This document shows positions 50,950 to 64,000 of a stretch of DNA of 64,000 nt, piece by piece; position 1 is the first letter of the stretch; the number at the start of each line of letters is the position of its first letter. The stretch comes from Squalus acanthias (taxonomy: Eukaryota), in the NCBI GenBank assembly GCA_030390025.1, contig CM059430.1, positions 74,400,001 to 74,464,000 of the forward strand. The letters are read 5' to 3'. The translations under genes were made by a program, and so were the position numbers. The notes under the pieces were generated by a model. That model did no database searches. It was given only the letters and a program-made list of their open reading frames with translations, and had not been told where the DNA came from.

Positions 50950-53900
50950 AAAAACAGTATAAAAATCAATGCAAGTGTTAGAGTTACTGGAATGCATGCA
51001 GGAGAACTGATGCGTATATTTACATCCCAACCAGGAAGGAAGCAATGCTGGATCTAGTTCTGGGCAATGAAATGGGCAAAATTTAGTGCGAGAGCAGCTA
51101 AGGAGCAAGAGATCATAATATCATTAGGTTTAGTGTAGTTATGGAAAGGGACAAGGCACAATCACAGGTGAAGATATTCAACTGAAAGAGGGCTAACTTC
51201 AGTGAGTTGAAAAGGAATTTGGTTCATTTGGATTGGAAACAAAGATAAGCAGGAAAAATGAGTAAATGTGCAATGTGGGGCCGGCAAGGACGAGATAGTT
51301 CGGGTACAGACTAAAAATATTCAATTGAGCGAAAACGTAGGGGAATGGATGACTAAGGACTTGATATTTAAATGTTTATAATTCAGTAAAGGTTGAAGCA
51401 GAATTTAGCGATTGCCGGGAAGAACTGAAAAATTAAATATGAGGTTAAAGCGAGTGTATGAAAAAGAAAGTTGGATAAAATAACAGGGAGAATTTAAATA
51501 TTTTATAAACATATAAAGAGTAAAATGATTGTCAAATGAAAGGGGCTGGGGTGGATTAGAGACCAAAATTCAGATTTTTGTTGAGGCATTGCTGAGGTTT
51601 TGGATGAGTTATTTGCATTTGTCTTCAGAAAATAAACATGCTGTCAATATCAGTGAAGTTTGAAGGATCAGGGAAATTGGACAGGATAATAAGAGAAAAA
51701 AGCTATCTATTAAAAATTTGAAAAGCGCTCTAAGTGCAAAAGCCAACCCGTAATGCGAATAAGAGGCATCACATGTTGCTGAGTGAAGTTCTAGCCACAA
51801 TATTTCAATCCTTTTTGCATATGGGAGCAGTGCCAGTGAACTGTAGGTTTGCAAACGTTATATCCCTGGTCAAAAACTGAAGAAGGATAAATGCGATAAC
51901 TAGTAATCCGTGGCAAAATAATTTTCACTTCCAAATATATGGGTTAATAAATGAAAGTCAACCTGTAATTGTTGAACCAAATAAATCTGACTATTTTGCT
52001 TGAGTTCTAGGATTATATAGCTTAGATGCTTGTTTAAGCTAGTGAAAATGGCGTTTTGCTTATGAACTTTCGAAAAACGTTTGATAAAGTGACATAGAAT
52101 AAACGACTTAGCAAAATTGAAGCCCATGGGATTAATTTGGCAGTGATAACTTCGATGCTAAATTGACGAAGAGACAGGAACACAGAGTAGTGGTGTGCAC
52201 TTGTTTATAAGCCTGGAGAGAAGTATACATTGGTACATCCAGGGGTCACTTTTTGGACCACTGCTCTTTCTGGAATATTTTAGTGATATTGACTTGGTTA
52301 AAGGGGGAATAACATAGAAACATAGAAACATAGGAGCAGGAGTAGGCCATTCGGCCCTTCGAGCCTGCTCCGCCATTGAATATGATCATGGCTGATCATC
52401 TATCTCAATACCATATTCCTGCTCTCTCCTGATACCCCATGATGCCTTTTGTATCTAGAAATCTATGTATCTCCTTCTTAAATATATTCAGTGATTTGGC
52501 CTCCACAGCCTTCTGTGGTAGAGAATTCCACAGGTTCACCACCCTCGGAGTAAGACATTTCTCTTCATCTCAGTCCTAAATATCCTACCCCGTATACTGT
52601 GAATGTGACCCCTCGTTCTAGACCCCCCAGCCAGGGGAACCATCCTCCCTGAATCCAGTCTGTCTAGCTCTGTCAGAATTGTATACGTTTCACTGAGATC
52701 CCCTCTCATTCTTCTAAACTCTAGAGAAAACAGGACTAGTCGACCCAATCTTTCCTCATACGACAGTCCTGCCATTCCTGGAATCATTCTGGTGAACCTT
52801 CGCTTCACTGCCTCTATGGCAAGTATATCCTTTTTAAGGTAAGGAGACCAAACTGCCAATAGTACAACAGATGCGGCCCCATTAAGGCCCTGTATAACTG
52901 TAGTAAGACATCCTTACTCCTGTACTCAAATCCTCTTGCAATGAAGTCCAGCATACCACTTACCTTCCTAACTGCTTGCTGCACATGCATGTTTGCTTTC
53001 AGTGACTGGTGTACGAGCACACCCAGGTCCCTCTGTACATCAACATTTCCCGATCTATCACTATTTAAATAATACGCTGCCTTTCTGTTTTTCCTACCAA
53101 AGTGTATAACTTCACATTTATCCACGTTATACTGCATCTGCCATGCATTTGCCCACTCACTCAACTTGTCTAAATCGCCTTGAAGCCTCTTTGCATCCTC
53201 CTCACAACTCACAGTCCCACCAAGTTTCCTGTCGTCAGCAAACTTGGAAATATTACAGTTGGTTCACTCATCCAAATAATTCATATATATTGTGAATAGC
53301 TGGGGCCCAAGCACTGATCCCTGCGATACCCCACTAGTCACGCCTGCTACCCCGAAAAATACACATTTATTCCTGCTCTCTTTTTCCTGTCTATTAACCA
53401 ATTATCAATCCATGCCAGTATATTACCCCCAATCTCCTGTGCTTTAATTTTGCACACTAACCTCTTATGTCGGACTTTATCAAAGGTCTGCTGAAAAACC
53501 AAATACACCACATCCACTGGTTCTCCATTGCATATTCTACGGGTTACATCCTCAAAAAACTTCAGTAGGTTTGTCAAACACGATTTCCCTTTCATAAATT
53601 CATGTTGACTTTGTCTAATCCCATTGATATTTTCTAAGTGTCCTGTTATCACATGCTTTATAATAGACTCTAGCATTTTCCACACTACTGATGTTAGGCT
53701 AACCGGTCTGTAGTTCCACGTTTTATCTTTCCCTCCTTCTTTAAATGATGGGGTTACATTTGCCACCCTCCAGTCTGCAGGATCTGTTCCATAATCTGTG
53801 GAATTTTGGAAGATGACAATCAGTGCATCCACTATTTCCATGGCTACCTCTTTTAGTACTCTCGGATGCAGATTATGAGGCCCTGGGGATTTATCGGCTT

Positions 53901-54780
53901 TCTGTCCCATTAATTTTTCCAGCACCATTGTTTTACTGATACTAATTTCCTTTAATTTCTCCTGCACACTACACCCTTGGTTCCCTAGTATTTCTGGGAA
54001 GTTATTTGTGTCCTCTTCCTTGAAGACAGAGGCAAAGTATTTGGTTAAGTGCTCTACATTTTCCTTGTTCCCCATTATAAATTATCCTGTTTCCGACTTT
54101 CAGAGATCTGCATTTGTCTTCACTAATCTTTTTGTTTTTTTACATTCTTTCAAAGATTTCAGGTGATATAAAACTTCGAAATGTTGCAAACAATTATGAT
54201 GATAAGATGTAAAGTGGTCATGGAAATCCTGGTGAATTAAGCAGACACATGCCAGATGCAATTTAACGCAGAGATAAATGAAGTGATGTATTTTGTGAGG
54301 AAAAATGAGGCGAGGCAATGTAAATTAAATGGTACATTTTAAAAGATATGCGGGAACAGAGAGACTTTGAGGTTTACATACATACATCTTTGAAGTCGGC
54401 AGTTGATCAAGGTTTTAAGGAATCCTTGGCTTTATAAATAAGGCATAGAGTACAAAAACAAGGAATTTATGGTAAACCATTATAATTCACTGGTTAGGCC
54501 GCAGCTGGCGCATTGATCCCAGTTCTGGGGCTCACACTTTAAGGAAGATGTCAAGGCCTTGGCGAGGATGAAGACGAGTTTATCCAGAATTTTACAAGGG
54601 CTGAGGGAAATAAGTTATGTGGAGAGACTGGAGAAGCTGGTATTGTCCTCCGTAGAGCAGAGCAGTTTATTGGGAGGTTGAATTGAGGCATTCAGAAAGG
54701 GGGTTTGATAGAGAAATAAAGAGGAACTGTCTCTGGTGGCAGGAGGATCGTTAATCAGATTACTGATATTTCAGGTGATT
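50950..54780 (+). mobile_element. Old decayed CR1, paralog of 7400-8943, split by a younger CR1
   Basis: Colinear with copy A. Confidence 0.8.
52312..54147 (-). mobile_element. 5'-truncated CR1 LINE, specific to copy B
   Basis: RT ORFs 53347-54075 and 52814-53212; (catagaaa)n tail; flanks contiguous at ~8610 in copy A. Confidence 0.9.
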
Positions 54781-57700
54781 GGCAAATGAATCACCGGCGA
54801 GATAGGAGATTTATTTAGTAAGTGTGCCTAATTGCATGCCTCTTTCCAGAGCCTACACAGGGTCGATAGTCTGCATGTCCTCCATGTGTGCTGCATAATC
54901 ATATGATTCTAGATTGCGGAGATCCTAGTAAAGCTAAAGGAGCATTTTCCCTTTCGGGGCTCCATTTCTGTTCCTTCGTTGGAGAACCATGGTAATAACG
55001 ATCCAAACGTTGCCAGCACCACACCAACATGCATGCAATACCAGTCTGAACTTTTAGAAACGCGGGCAGTATCCCGGTATAAAAAGTAACGATTGATAGA
55101 CGTTCGATTCAGAGAGAACATTGTCGGATTTTGCCGTAAAACTAACAGCGAGGCTAAGAGCGCTCACAGTTATTAAAGTGTAATTTGAACAGCAAATTTC
55201 ATATGCGCAGTTAAATGCGTAAATCAGGAAGTTGCTATCGGAGATGAACTGCTCACCCAGAAGCTGCACAATAATAGTATCTCGCGGATCCATTCGCAAT
55301 TGTAGTATATGGAATAGTCTGATGTTTCTGTACTTAGCTCATGTATACGCAATATACTGTCCAGAAAGAGTTAGGGCTTGTACATTCCAGTGTAACACCC
55401 GTTAAACGGCGTGGTATATCTTAATTACTGGCAAAAGACGTCTAACACTGAAAAGTAGCTTTAAAAACATGGAATCCCATTCCTTTAGATAATTGCTGGA
55501 GAAGTAGAAAAAATGTAATTTTGTTTTTACTTTTTCTTTCAATCTCGTGTTTTGCTCTCTGTATCTCTTAATCTAATATCCACGGAAGAGTTCCGTAAAC
55601 CCTGGTAAAACAGCATAATTTAAATTGTTTCCGGATTTGCTGTAGCCATTCTTCCAAAGTTACTGCGGATCATCGGAAACACCCTCAGAAATTTACACGA
55701 TATAAAACTTGGTCTGCTTCGAAAGTTCTTAACAAACAGCATGAATGTTTTCTAGATTAGCAGTGATTCCGTCGGACACTCCATTCTCATTAAATTAATA
55801 CTTAAATAGCTTTTCGGAGTTCGAAGCAGAAATAATGCTTACGCATCATTCTCTATATTCTGAGAATGTGCCACATGATTCAGCAGTAGAATTTGCATAA
55901 GCTGCTCTTCCGCGAGCACAACTATGACTCCATTAAGTTTGAAAGAGAATAACTAGAATATTAACAGTTTCACATTTTGATATTTGACTTTGTTTCCTTA
56001 TTTGCGAGCTCTCCATTTGATAAGGTACCACTCAAAGGTTAACTCGCAAAACTGAAGCGCGCAAAATTGGACGAGCCCTCATGACATGGGCTAGGAATTT
56101 GTTCGGAGGTAGGCGACAGAGACTTGACATAAAATAAACGTTTGCTTATTTTTGGGACGTAACCTTTAGTATCTGTTTTGGTGGCTCAGCATTTCAACAT
56201 TTATATTAATGACTTGCATGAAGCAACAAAGGCAATAGAGCGTTTGAGCGGACCTGAGCGGTAGCAGGTGGAGGAGCGGTAGTATAAATACAGCGGCACA
56301 TAAGGACAAGGAGTGAGTGGGCCTGAGCGGCAGCAGTATGTTTACTGGGCGAATTCAAAATCAATAAAATTCAAGGAGGGACGACAGAGGACAGAAGCTA
56401 GCTGATTGTTTGGAGAGTATCAGTTTTGTCTTGCTCTCTAAGCTAGGGAAGTGCGTTAAAATAAGCTGGGAAACTATAACTTTCTATTACTTTATAAAAT
56501 TAACAATTTAAACTAGATAAGCTAAGTAATTAATAAAACGAAAATAATCGATTGAATAAAAACATAAACTATTTAGTAGATAAAACAAGGTGAAATAGAG
56601 CTGGCAGGGCAGGTGTTGTGTCGAAACTAAAGCATGTGCGAGTAGGTGGACACATGTGAGATCCTGAGCAACCACATTTGCAATAAGTGTCTGCAGCTCG
56701 AGGAAATTCGTCTTAGCGTTCTTGAGCAGGGATTCGAGTTGCATCAGTGAGGGGGTGAGCAATCTGGTCATTTAGTGCCAGGAGGTAGTCACAGCTCTTA
56801 GTTAAAGTAGTACTTTCGAGTTAGTCAGTGATCAGGGACAAGAGGGTGTGACTCCAATTCAGGCAGGTAAGGGGACCCACGTTGTAGTGAAGTAGGAGCT
56901 TCAGCCCTTGATCTTGTCCAACAGGTAGGTGGTACTTGCTAACAATACGGATGAGAAAAAGGACTGCAGGGCGCATCGACAAACTGACCACAGCACAGTG
57001 GATCATTGGGGCCATCAAAGTGGAGGAGAAAAAAGGAATGTGGTAGTAGTAGGGTCAATTTAGTCAGCGGGGGGATAGATACTGTTCTCTGCAGCCACAA
57101 ATGAGTATCCCAAAGGCTGTGTTGACTGCCCGGTGCCAGGATTAAGAATATCTGCTCGCGACTGGCAAAGAACCGAGAGCATGGGGGGAGGATCCAGTTA
57201 TCGTGGTCAACGTAGGAACCAACGACATAAGTAGATGAAAGAATGAGATACTGTTGAGGGATTTGGAGGAGCGAGGATTTAACTTAATAAGCAGTACCTC
57301 AAGGGTATTACCATCTGAACCACGCGGAAATTGGCATAGGGCCAAGCAGATCAGAGAGCTGAATACATGGATCAAAGAGTGGTGTGGGAGGGAAGGGGTT
57401 TTGTTTCACGGGACACTGGCACCAGTACTGGGGAAAGAGTGAGCTGTTCCATTGGGACGGGCTCCACTTAATCTGGGCTGGGACCAGCGTACTGGTGAAT
57501 TGAATAACTAGGGCTATAGCCGGGGCTTTAAACTAAAAAGTGGGCAAGGGTCATGTGAGGAGACATTGAGAAATCTGCATATAAAGGTGAATGCAATAAG
57601 GCAATATAGCGATTTAGTTAAATATAAGCAGAGTGCGACAGAAAGGAACACAGAGTTTAACTGTAATACTAAATCAGTGAATAAGTGCAAAGCAGGGATT

Positions 57701-59316
57701 AACGGTAAAACAATAAAAATAACGGCTATGTATCTTAATGCACAATGCATTGGTAACAATATTGATGAACTAATGACACCAATAGAGATAAATTAGTTTT
57801 AACCAATAGCCATTACAGAGACGTAGTTGCAAGGGGGCCAATGCTGGGAAATTAATATTCCAGGGTACTTGACGTTTCGAAAAGAGAGACAGAATGGAAA
57901 AAGGGGGCGGAGTAGCTCTGATAATAAAGGATGGCATAAGAACAGCAGTGAGTAACGAACCTGGCTCGGAATATCTGGAAGTAGACTCAGTATGAGTGAA
58001 GATAAGGAATAACAAGTGTTAGAAAACACTGTTGAGAACAGTTTATAAGCCCCCTAATATTAGCTGTATCGTTGGACAGTGCATTAATCTACACATAATA
58101 GGAGCTTGTAACAAAGATAATACCTTTGGTGGACTTTAATCTTTATACTGACTGGACAAATCAAATTTGCGAAGATCGTCTGGAGAATGAGTTTATGGAA
58201 TACATTCGAGACAGTTTCCTAGAAAAATACCTCATGGAGCAAACCTGGGAATAGGCGATTTTAGATCTTATATTGTGAAATGAGACAGGGCTAATTAGAA
58301 ATCACATGTTAAAGGATCCTCTGGGGTAGAGGGCTCATAATCTGATAGAATTTCACGTTAAGTTTGAGAGTGACTTACGTAAGCCTGAAACTAGAGTCTT
58401 AAACTTAAATCAAGCCAATTACATAGCTAGGAGAGGCGAGTTTGCTAAGGTAGATTGGGAAAATAGCTTAAAAACTATGTTGGTAGATAAGCAGTGGCAA
58501 ACATTTAAATACATATTTCAAAATTCTCAACGAATATTCATTCCAGTGTGAAACAAAAATTCCACGGGGACAGTAATCCTCGCGTGGCTAATTCAATAAT
58601 TTAAGGACAGTATTACATTAAAGGAAGAGGCTTATAATGTTGCGAAGAATAGTAATAAGCCTGAGGATTGGGAGAGTTTTAGAAACCAACCAACAATGAC
58701 TCAAAATTTATAAAAAGGGGATAAAGAATATGGGAGGATAGTAGTAGAAATATCAAAAACAGACTGTAAGAGCTTGTACAAGTATTCAAAAAGGAATAGA
58801 GTAGCAACCTTAAACATTGGTCCCTTAGAGTTTGAGGCAGGAGAAATTGCAATGGGGAAATTATAATATGGAATAAGGAAATGGCAGAGAGGTTAAACAA
58901 ATATTTTATATCTGCCTTCACAGTAGAAGACACAAAAAGCATACCATATCTAGTGGGAAGTAAAAGGGCTATTGAGAGTGAGGAAATTAACATATTAATA
59001 TCAGTAGAGATAAAGTATTGGAGAAACTCATAGGACTAAAAGCTGCCAATTCCCCTTGGCCTGATGGCCTCCATCCTAAGGATCTAAAAGAGGTGGCTGT
59101 AGAGATAGTGGATGCATTGGTTGTGATCTTCCAAAATTCGCTAGGTTCTAGAATGGTTCCAGCACTTTGGAAGTTTGCAAATGTAACATCGCTGTTCAAG
59201 ACAAGAGGGAGAGAGAAAGCAGGGAATTACAAGTCAGTTAAACTCACATCAATCATTGGCAAACTGCTGGAATCCATTATAAAGGATGGTGTAATGGACA
59301 CTTAGAAAATCATATT

Positions 59317-59455
59317 GGCCCATAATTTCCGATAGGAGGCTTTTGTGTGTGTTTTTCAGCGCATGCATTTCACATGCCTGAAACCGGCAATTCCGATGTA
59401 CCTACCGGTGTGTACTCACGTCATACATAACCGTAGAGATCGGAAAATACGGGCC
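59317..59455. mobile_element. Internally deleted 139-bp mini-MITE (family 2)
   Basis: Ends GGCCCATAATTTCC / GGAAAATACGGGCC; flanks ATT/AAT inside the CR1 RT. Confidence 0.8.
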
Positions 59456-60547
59456 AATATGATTAGGCAGAGTCAACTTCGTTTTCTGAAAGGGAAATCA
59501 CGTTTGACAAATATATGACATTTATTCAGGATGTAACTATTACGGTAGATAAAGGGAAACAAGTGGATGTAGTATATTTGGATTTCCAAAAAACATAAAA
59601 ATATAGTTACGCATTATAAGCGCTCATGGGATTGGGCGTAATACATTAGCATGGATAGAGGATTGGTTAATGGACAGAAACCAGAGAGTTGGGATAAACG
59701 GGTCATTTTCAGGTTGACTGGCTGTACCGAATGGAGTACCACAAGGATTAGTGCTGGGAGCTCAGCTATTAACAATGTATATAAATGACTTAGATTAAGG
59801 GACCGAGTGCAATGTATCCAGGTTTGTTGATGGTACAAAGCTAGGTGGGACAGTGAGCTGTGAGGAGTAGATAAATAATCTAAAAGGGATATAGACAGGT
59901 TAACTGATTGGGCAGTAAGATGGCAGATGGAGTATAATGTGGGGAGATGTGAGGTTATTCACTTTGGTAGGAAGAAATGAAAAACAGAATATTTAAAAAT
60001 TGTGTTCAGAGAGAATTGGGTGTCCTCATACAAGAAATAAAGGAAGTTAGCATGCAGGTACAGCAAGAAATTAGGAAGTTAAATGGCATGTTGGCCTTTA
60101 TTGCAAGGTGGTTGGAGTGCAAGCGTAAGGAACTCTTGCTATAATTGTATAGGGATTTGGTAAGGCCACACCTGACACAGATTTGGTCTCCTCATCTAAG
60201 GAAAATTCTACTTGACTTGGAGCTGTTGCAACGAATGTTCACTAGATTGATTCCTGGGATGAGAGGGTTGTCCTATGAAGGGAGATTGCGCAGAATGATT
60301 TATACTCTCGGGAGTTTAGAAGAATGAGAGGTGATGTCATTGGAACATATAAGATTCTGAGGGCGCTTGACATGGTAGTGTTAATTCCCCTGGCTTAGGT
60401 GTCTAGAACTAGCGGGCACAGTCTCAGGATAAGTGGGTCGGCCATTTAAAAATGAGATGAGGAGGAATTGAAACACTCAGAAGGTTGAGAGTCTTGTAAT
60501 TCTCTACCCCAGAGAGCTGTGTATGATCAGTCGTTGAGTATATTCAA

Positions 60548-60798
60548 AAATGAGAAGTCGCACAACACCAGGTTATAGTCCAACAGATTTATTTAATTTT
60601 ACAAGCTTTCGGAACAGTTCGCTCCTTCGTCAGGTAAGTTAGCAGTGAGAGAATCTCCCAGAATTCACAATTTAAACACAGACAAAATATATTCAAATCT
60701 TTCCTACATCAAAGAGCACAGCCAAGACAACTATAACCTGGTGTTGTGCGACTTCTCATTTTTGTCCACCCCAGTCCAACGCCGGCATCTCCACATCA
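60548..60798. mobile_element. Penelope-derived element with inverted pLTR halves and a hammerhead-like core
   Basis: 13-bp TSD TGAGTATATTCAA (60535-60547, 60799-60811); inverted repeat ~60547-60580 vs ~60729-60763; minus-strand CTGACGA..GAAA. Confidence 0.8.
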
Positions 60799-60964
60799 TG
60801 AGTATATTCAAGGCTGAGATAGGTCGATTTTTGACTCCAGGGGAAATCAAGGGATGTGGGGATCGGGTAGGAAAATGAAGTTGAGGTCGACGATCAGGCA
60901 TGACCTTACTGAATGTCAGAGAAGGCTCGAGGGGCCTTATGGCTAACTGCTGCACTTATTTATT

Positions 60965-61629
60965 GGGGCTGAATTTGCGATCGGAGGCTTCCCGCGAGCG
61001 CACAACTTCCGCTGGCGGATATCTCCGACCAGCAAAAAATCTACGAACGTTTCTTTTGCCTCGGGATCCAAGGACACTGGCGTTCCTGGGCCTCTACGCG
61101 TATGCCTGCGTAGAGATCCCTGGGGTGCTTGCGAACCGCATGTGCCACTGGGATACTTGGGCCAGCCCAACAAATCAAAGAAGAGAATACCCATCCATGC
61201 TTATAGAGATTTCATATGTACGGAACCTCCAGGAGCATGAATGGGGATGACATAAAAAAACATTTAACATTACAAATAAAAAGAAATTACGTACTTAAAA
61301 TTATTTAAAATACAATATATTTAAACATTTTAAATTAAATGCTAATGTTTTGAAAATTAAATTTAAAAGTTTTAAAGCGGCTAGAAATAACCTTACCTTA
61401 TAATACATGTGTTTTAATTTTTAAATGCAATTTACAAAATCGTTTTATGATTTTTAAAACTCTTACACTGGTAAAAGCAAGTCTTACGCCTGCTTTAATC
61501 AGGTGTAAGAATTTCACAGGCATGCACCGAATCTCTCCGCCCGCAAAGGCCCTTTACCGGAAAATGTGGCTTCGCATGCCTAAACCTGGAACTTGCGTGG
61601 CCCCGGAGGTTCCCTTAAGTAATGGCCCC
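60965..61629. mobile_element. Harbinger-like MITE predating the duplication
   Basis: Ends GGGGCTGAATTT / GGCCCC; its right end survives in copy A at ~10215-10316 with the same flank. Confidence 0.7.
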
Positions 61630-61818
61630 TTAAATTTAATTATACTAACTTTTTAATTTCAGATTTATTCAATAGCTTCAACTGATGTGGGGGGTTCTGA
61701 ACTCATGTTTGATTGGATCATTCGGCCAGGACACTGGATTTACTAGTCCAGTAGCATAACCACTAAGCAACCGTCCCCGTTGCTACTTGAAAAACACGCC
61801 TGAAACACGGACCTTTAC

Positions 61819-61852
61819 CTCCACCTGTTGCATTTTGAAGGTAACCGCATAT
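61819..61852 (-). other. Candidate 34-nt exon, copy B
   Basis: aacag acceptor and GAG|gtaaag donor; paralog of 10506-10539. Confidence 0.3.
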
Positions 61853-64000
61853 CTGTTTATATAAACATTGAAACAGAGCCCGTCTTAGTAAAGTAAATGT
61901 CTAACTAGTTATGCTGGATGATACAAAAATGCCCACTGACGTTGCATGGTCAGGGACTTGATGTTGTGATTGAGGATAACAATGCACGCCTCCTTCAGTG
62001 TTGAACACAGTGTTTTGCTTAATGTTCATGCAGTAACAGGCAACCCGTAGGAGGAAAGAGTGGAATGGGAAACTGGAGGACCTCAAATTTTAATGCTGCA
62101 GTTGATACTTCCACATAAAATGTTCACTCATCACCAACCTGTTAATCCAAGACTTCAGGAAGCATTTTTGAAAAGAAATATTCCTGCCATGAAGTCTACC
62201 AAGGTACTCTATGAAGATTTGCTTGCTCATTCCGTCCGGGTTGACTTTTCTTTTGCAACGCCGATTCCTATCTTTTCCTAGATTTCAGCACACAAATTTT
62301 AGAAGCGATTTGATGAATACAGCATTCTTCGATTAGGTTCAGTGCCCGCTTCCGGTCCGTCTTGATTTTCTGACCGCAATTTTAAGCTCATTACTGAAGC
62401 TCTGCAAGCTTCACAATCAGGAAAACCATTCCATGCAACGTGGCACATTGATAGAGTGTGTAGAGAGGACGGTAGCTGTACACATTGCTTCACTAGGTGC
62501 GTCTCAGTTGGACTGGCAGTTGTCAGTTTAGGTTTCCGCCATTTTTCATGTGGCCCACAAGAACTATATGCTAATCTGAGGAGCATATTGCAGATTTTGG
62601 AGATAATAGTAGTAAATGGTTAACATTAGGCATCTTGGGAAAAGTAATGCTGCCAAAATCAACACATGCTACTGGGTATGTAGATAATACGTATTTCTGC
62701 TACACAGGAGGGGACATCCTTGAAAAGTCCACCAGGATAGATAGCAGAAGTCTAGATAGCTGTGACACCTTATCGTTAACCACAATGCAAACTAAATTAA
62801 AAACTAACAAAGTACGATTTTAAGGTATCAAAATGATTAACAGAATATAAAGAAACTTTAGAATATATTCTTATTTAGAGTTGTAACATTGTTTAATAGT
62901 GGACATAAACGTTACTGAATACTTCTTGAATGTGGAGAGCATTATCTGAAGACAACGGAGGTAAAGCAAAAGGAATATTAGGTTCATCCAACGGGCTGAC
63001 TGCTTCTAAATATATAGATAAAGTAAGTGAACATGTGGATACTTATTTGTGTCGACATGGGGATCGGTCCTGCGGGTCGAACAACACTAGGAATCGAAAA
63101 CACGATCAATGCCATCGCTGGGTATCTGGAGGGCTTATCATTGATCGATAGAACAGTAAGAGGAATGTTAAGTCAGCCATGATTCTGGGGCAATCCTTGG
63201 GGCTACAGGAATTGTAGAAACACTGTTATTCAGGAAAATATCGGACTGGAAACCTAGTATAAAGGGCATAAAAAGGTTAAACAGTTTCAGCATCAGGATA
63301 GGCAGGAAAGTAAAGATAAGATAGTAGAACAATACGCATCCGGAGTGGTCTGCTCCGAAGCTCTACTTAATTTCTCTGTTGAAAGGGGCCGTCGACAAAA
63401 TGAAAATGAGGTACTGCAGATTCAGAGAACAGAGGAATGAAATGAAAAATTGATATATATACTCGTTCGGACTTTACGATAACTGAAGTAATCTAATCCC
63501 ATCACCAACCCCGAGTCGCAGTCTTGTGGAGGCCCATCAGAATACGAGGAACCGAAATGGTACTTCTATGACGCACTAACACACAGTGGCGTCTTGTCTC
63601 TTGTCAACTCAACGATAAGATTTCCATCCTCCTTTTCAAATCTCTACACGGCTTACCCCTCCCTATCTCTGTAACCTGCTCTAATCCTCTACAACCTTTT
63701 AAGAACTCTGTTCCTCCAATACAGGAATTACCTCCGAAAACCTTTCCAAAGGCCGCCTACGTCGACTCGTTTAAAACCATTTTAAAGCCAACGTCTTTTA
63801 CCAAGAATTTAATCACCTCTCCTAATATTTCATTTGCTTTATTGTCGTTTTTTTTCCTCGTTCCCCTTCGGTGAAGCGCCTGGTGACGTTTGCTCTACGT
63901 TACAGGTAATATACAACTGCAATTTTTTGTTGTGTAGCTAGTTTTGCATTGCCATTCCCAGATATCTGGACATTTCCTCAAAATGTGTGTGTGCACTCTA

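Larger units (their letters stand above)
56560..60960 (+). mobile_element. Full-length, heavily decayed CR1 LINE
   Basis: ORF1 esterase (VGTND), EN (MYLNAQ) and RT remnants, 3' tail. Confidence 0.88.
44490..64000 (+). repeat. Segmental duplication unit, copy B
   Basis: Colinear with 1-14180 once copy-specific insertions are removed. Confidence 0.95.

Noticed and set aside
55257-55300. YYYCAAS as a V-domain remnant
   Set aside because: No upstream Cys, Trp or DxxxY framework in frame.

Overview
Eukaryotic, repeat-rich genomic DNA, most likely from a cartilaginous fish (shark or ray), judged from the V-SINE/HE1-type SINE, the CR1 LINEs with esterase ORF1 and the Penelope pLTRs. There are no prokaryotic features. 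Main contents: (1) A diverged tandem segmental duplication, 1-~14180 versus ~44490-64000, with copy-specific TE insertions whose empty sites are visible in the other copy. (2) A minus-strand, non-rearranging leader/VJ-type Ig/C1/TM receptor pseudogene at ~34.8-39.2 kb, with possible distal tail exons. (3) An apparently intact Harbinger transposon at 2787-7043, plus several Harbinger-like MITEs. (4) Most notable: an end-to-end but decayed R2 retrotransposon at 16697-26754 (minus strand) lying outside rDNA. It carries a 28-nt 28S rRNA leader whose two deviations from 28S are both base-complemented inside its own putative HDV-like ribozyme, and it has a 3' UTR pseudoknot followed by TAGC. It is interrupted by nested CR1, Penelope and MITE insertions. 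All translations and alignments were done by eye; no database searches were run.
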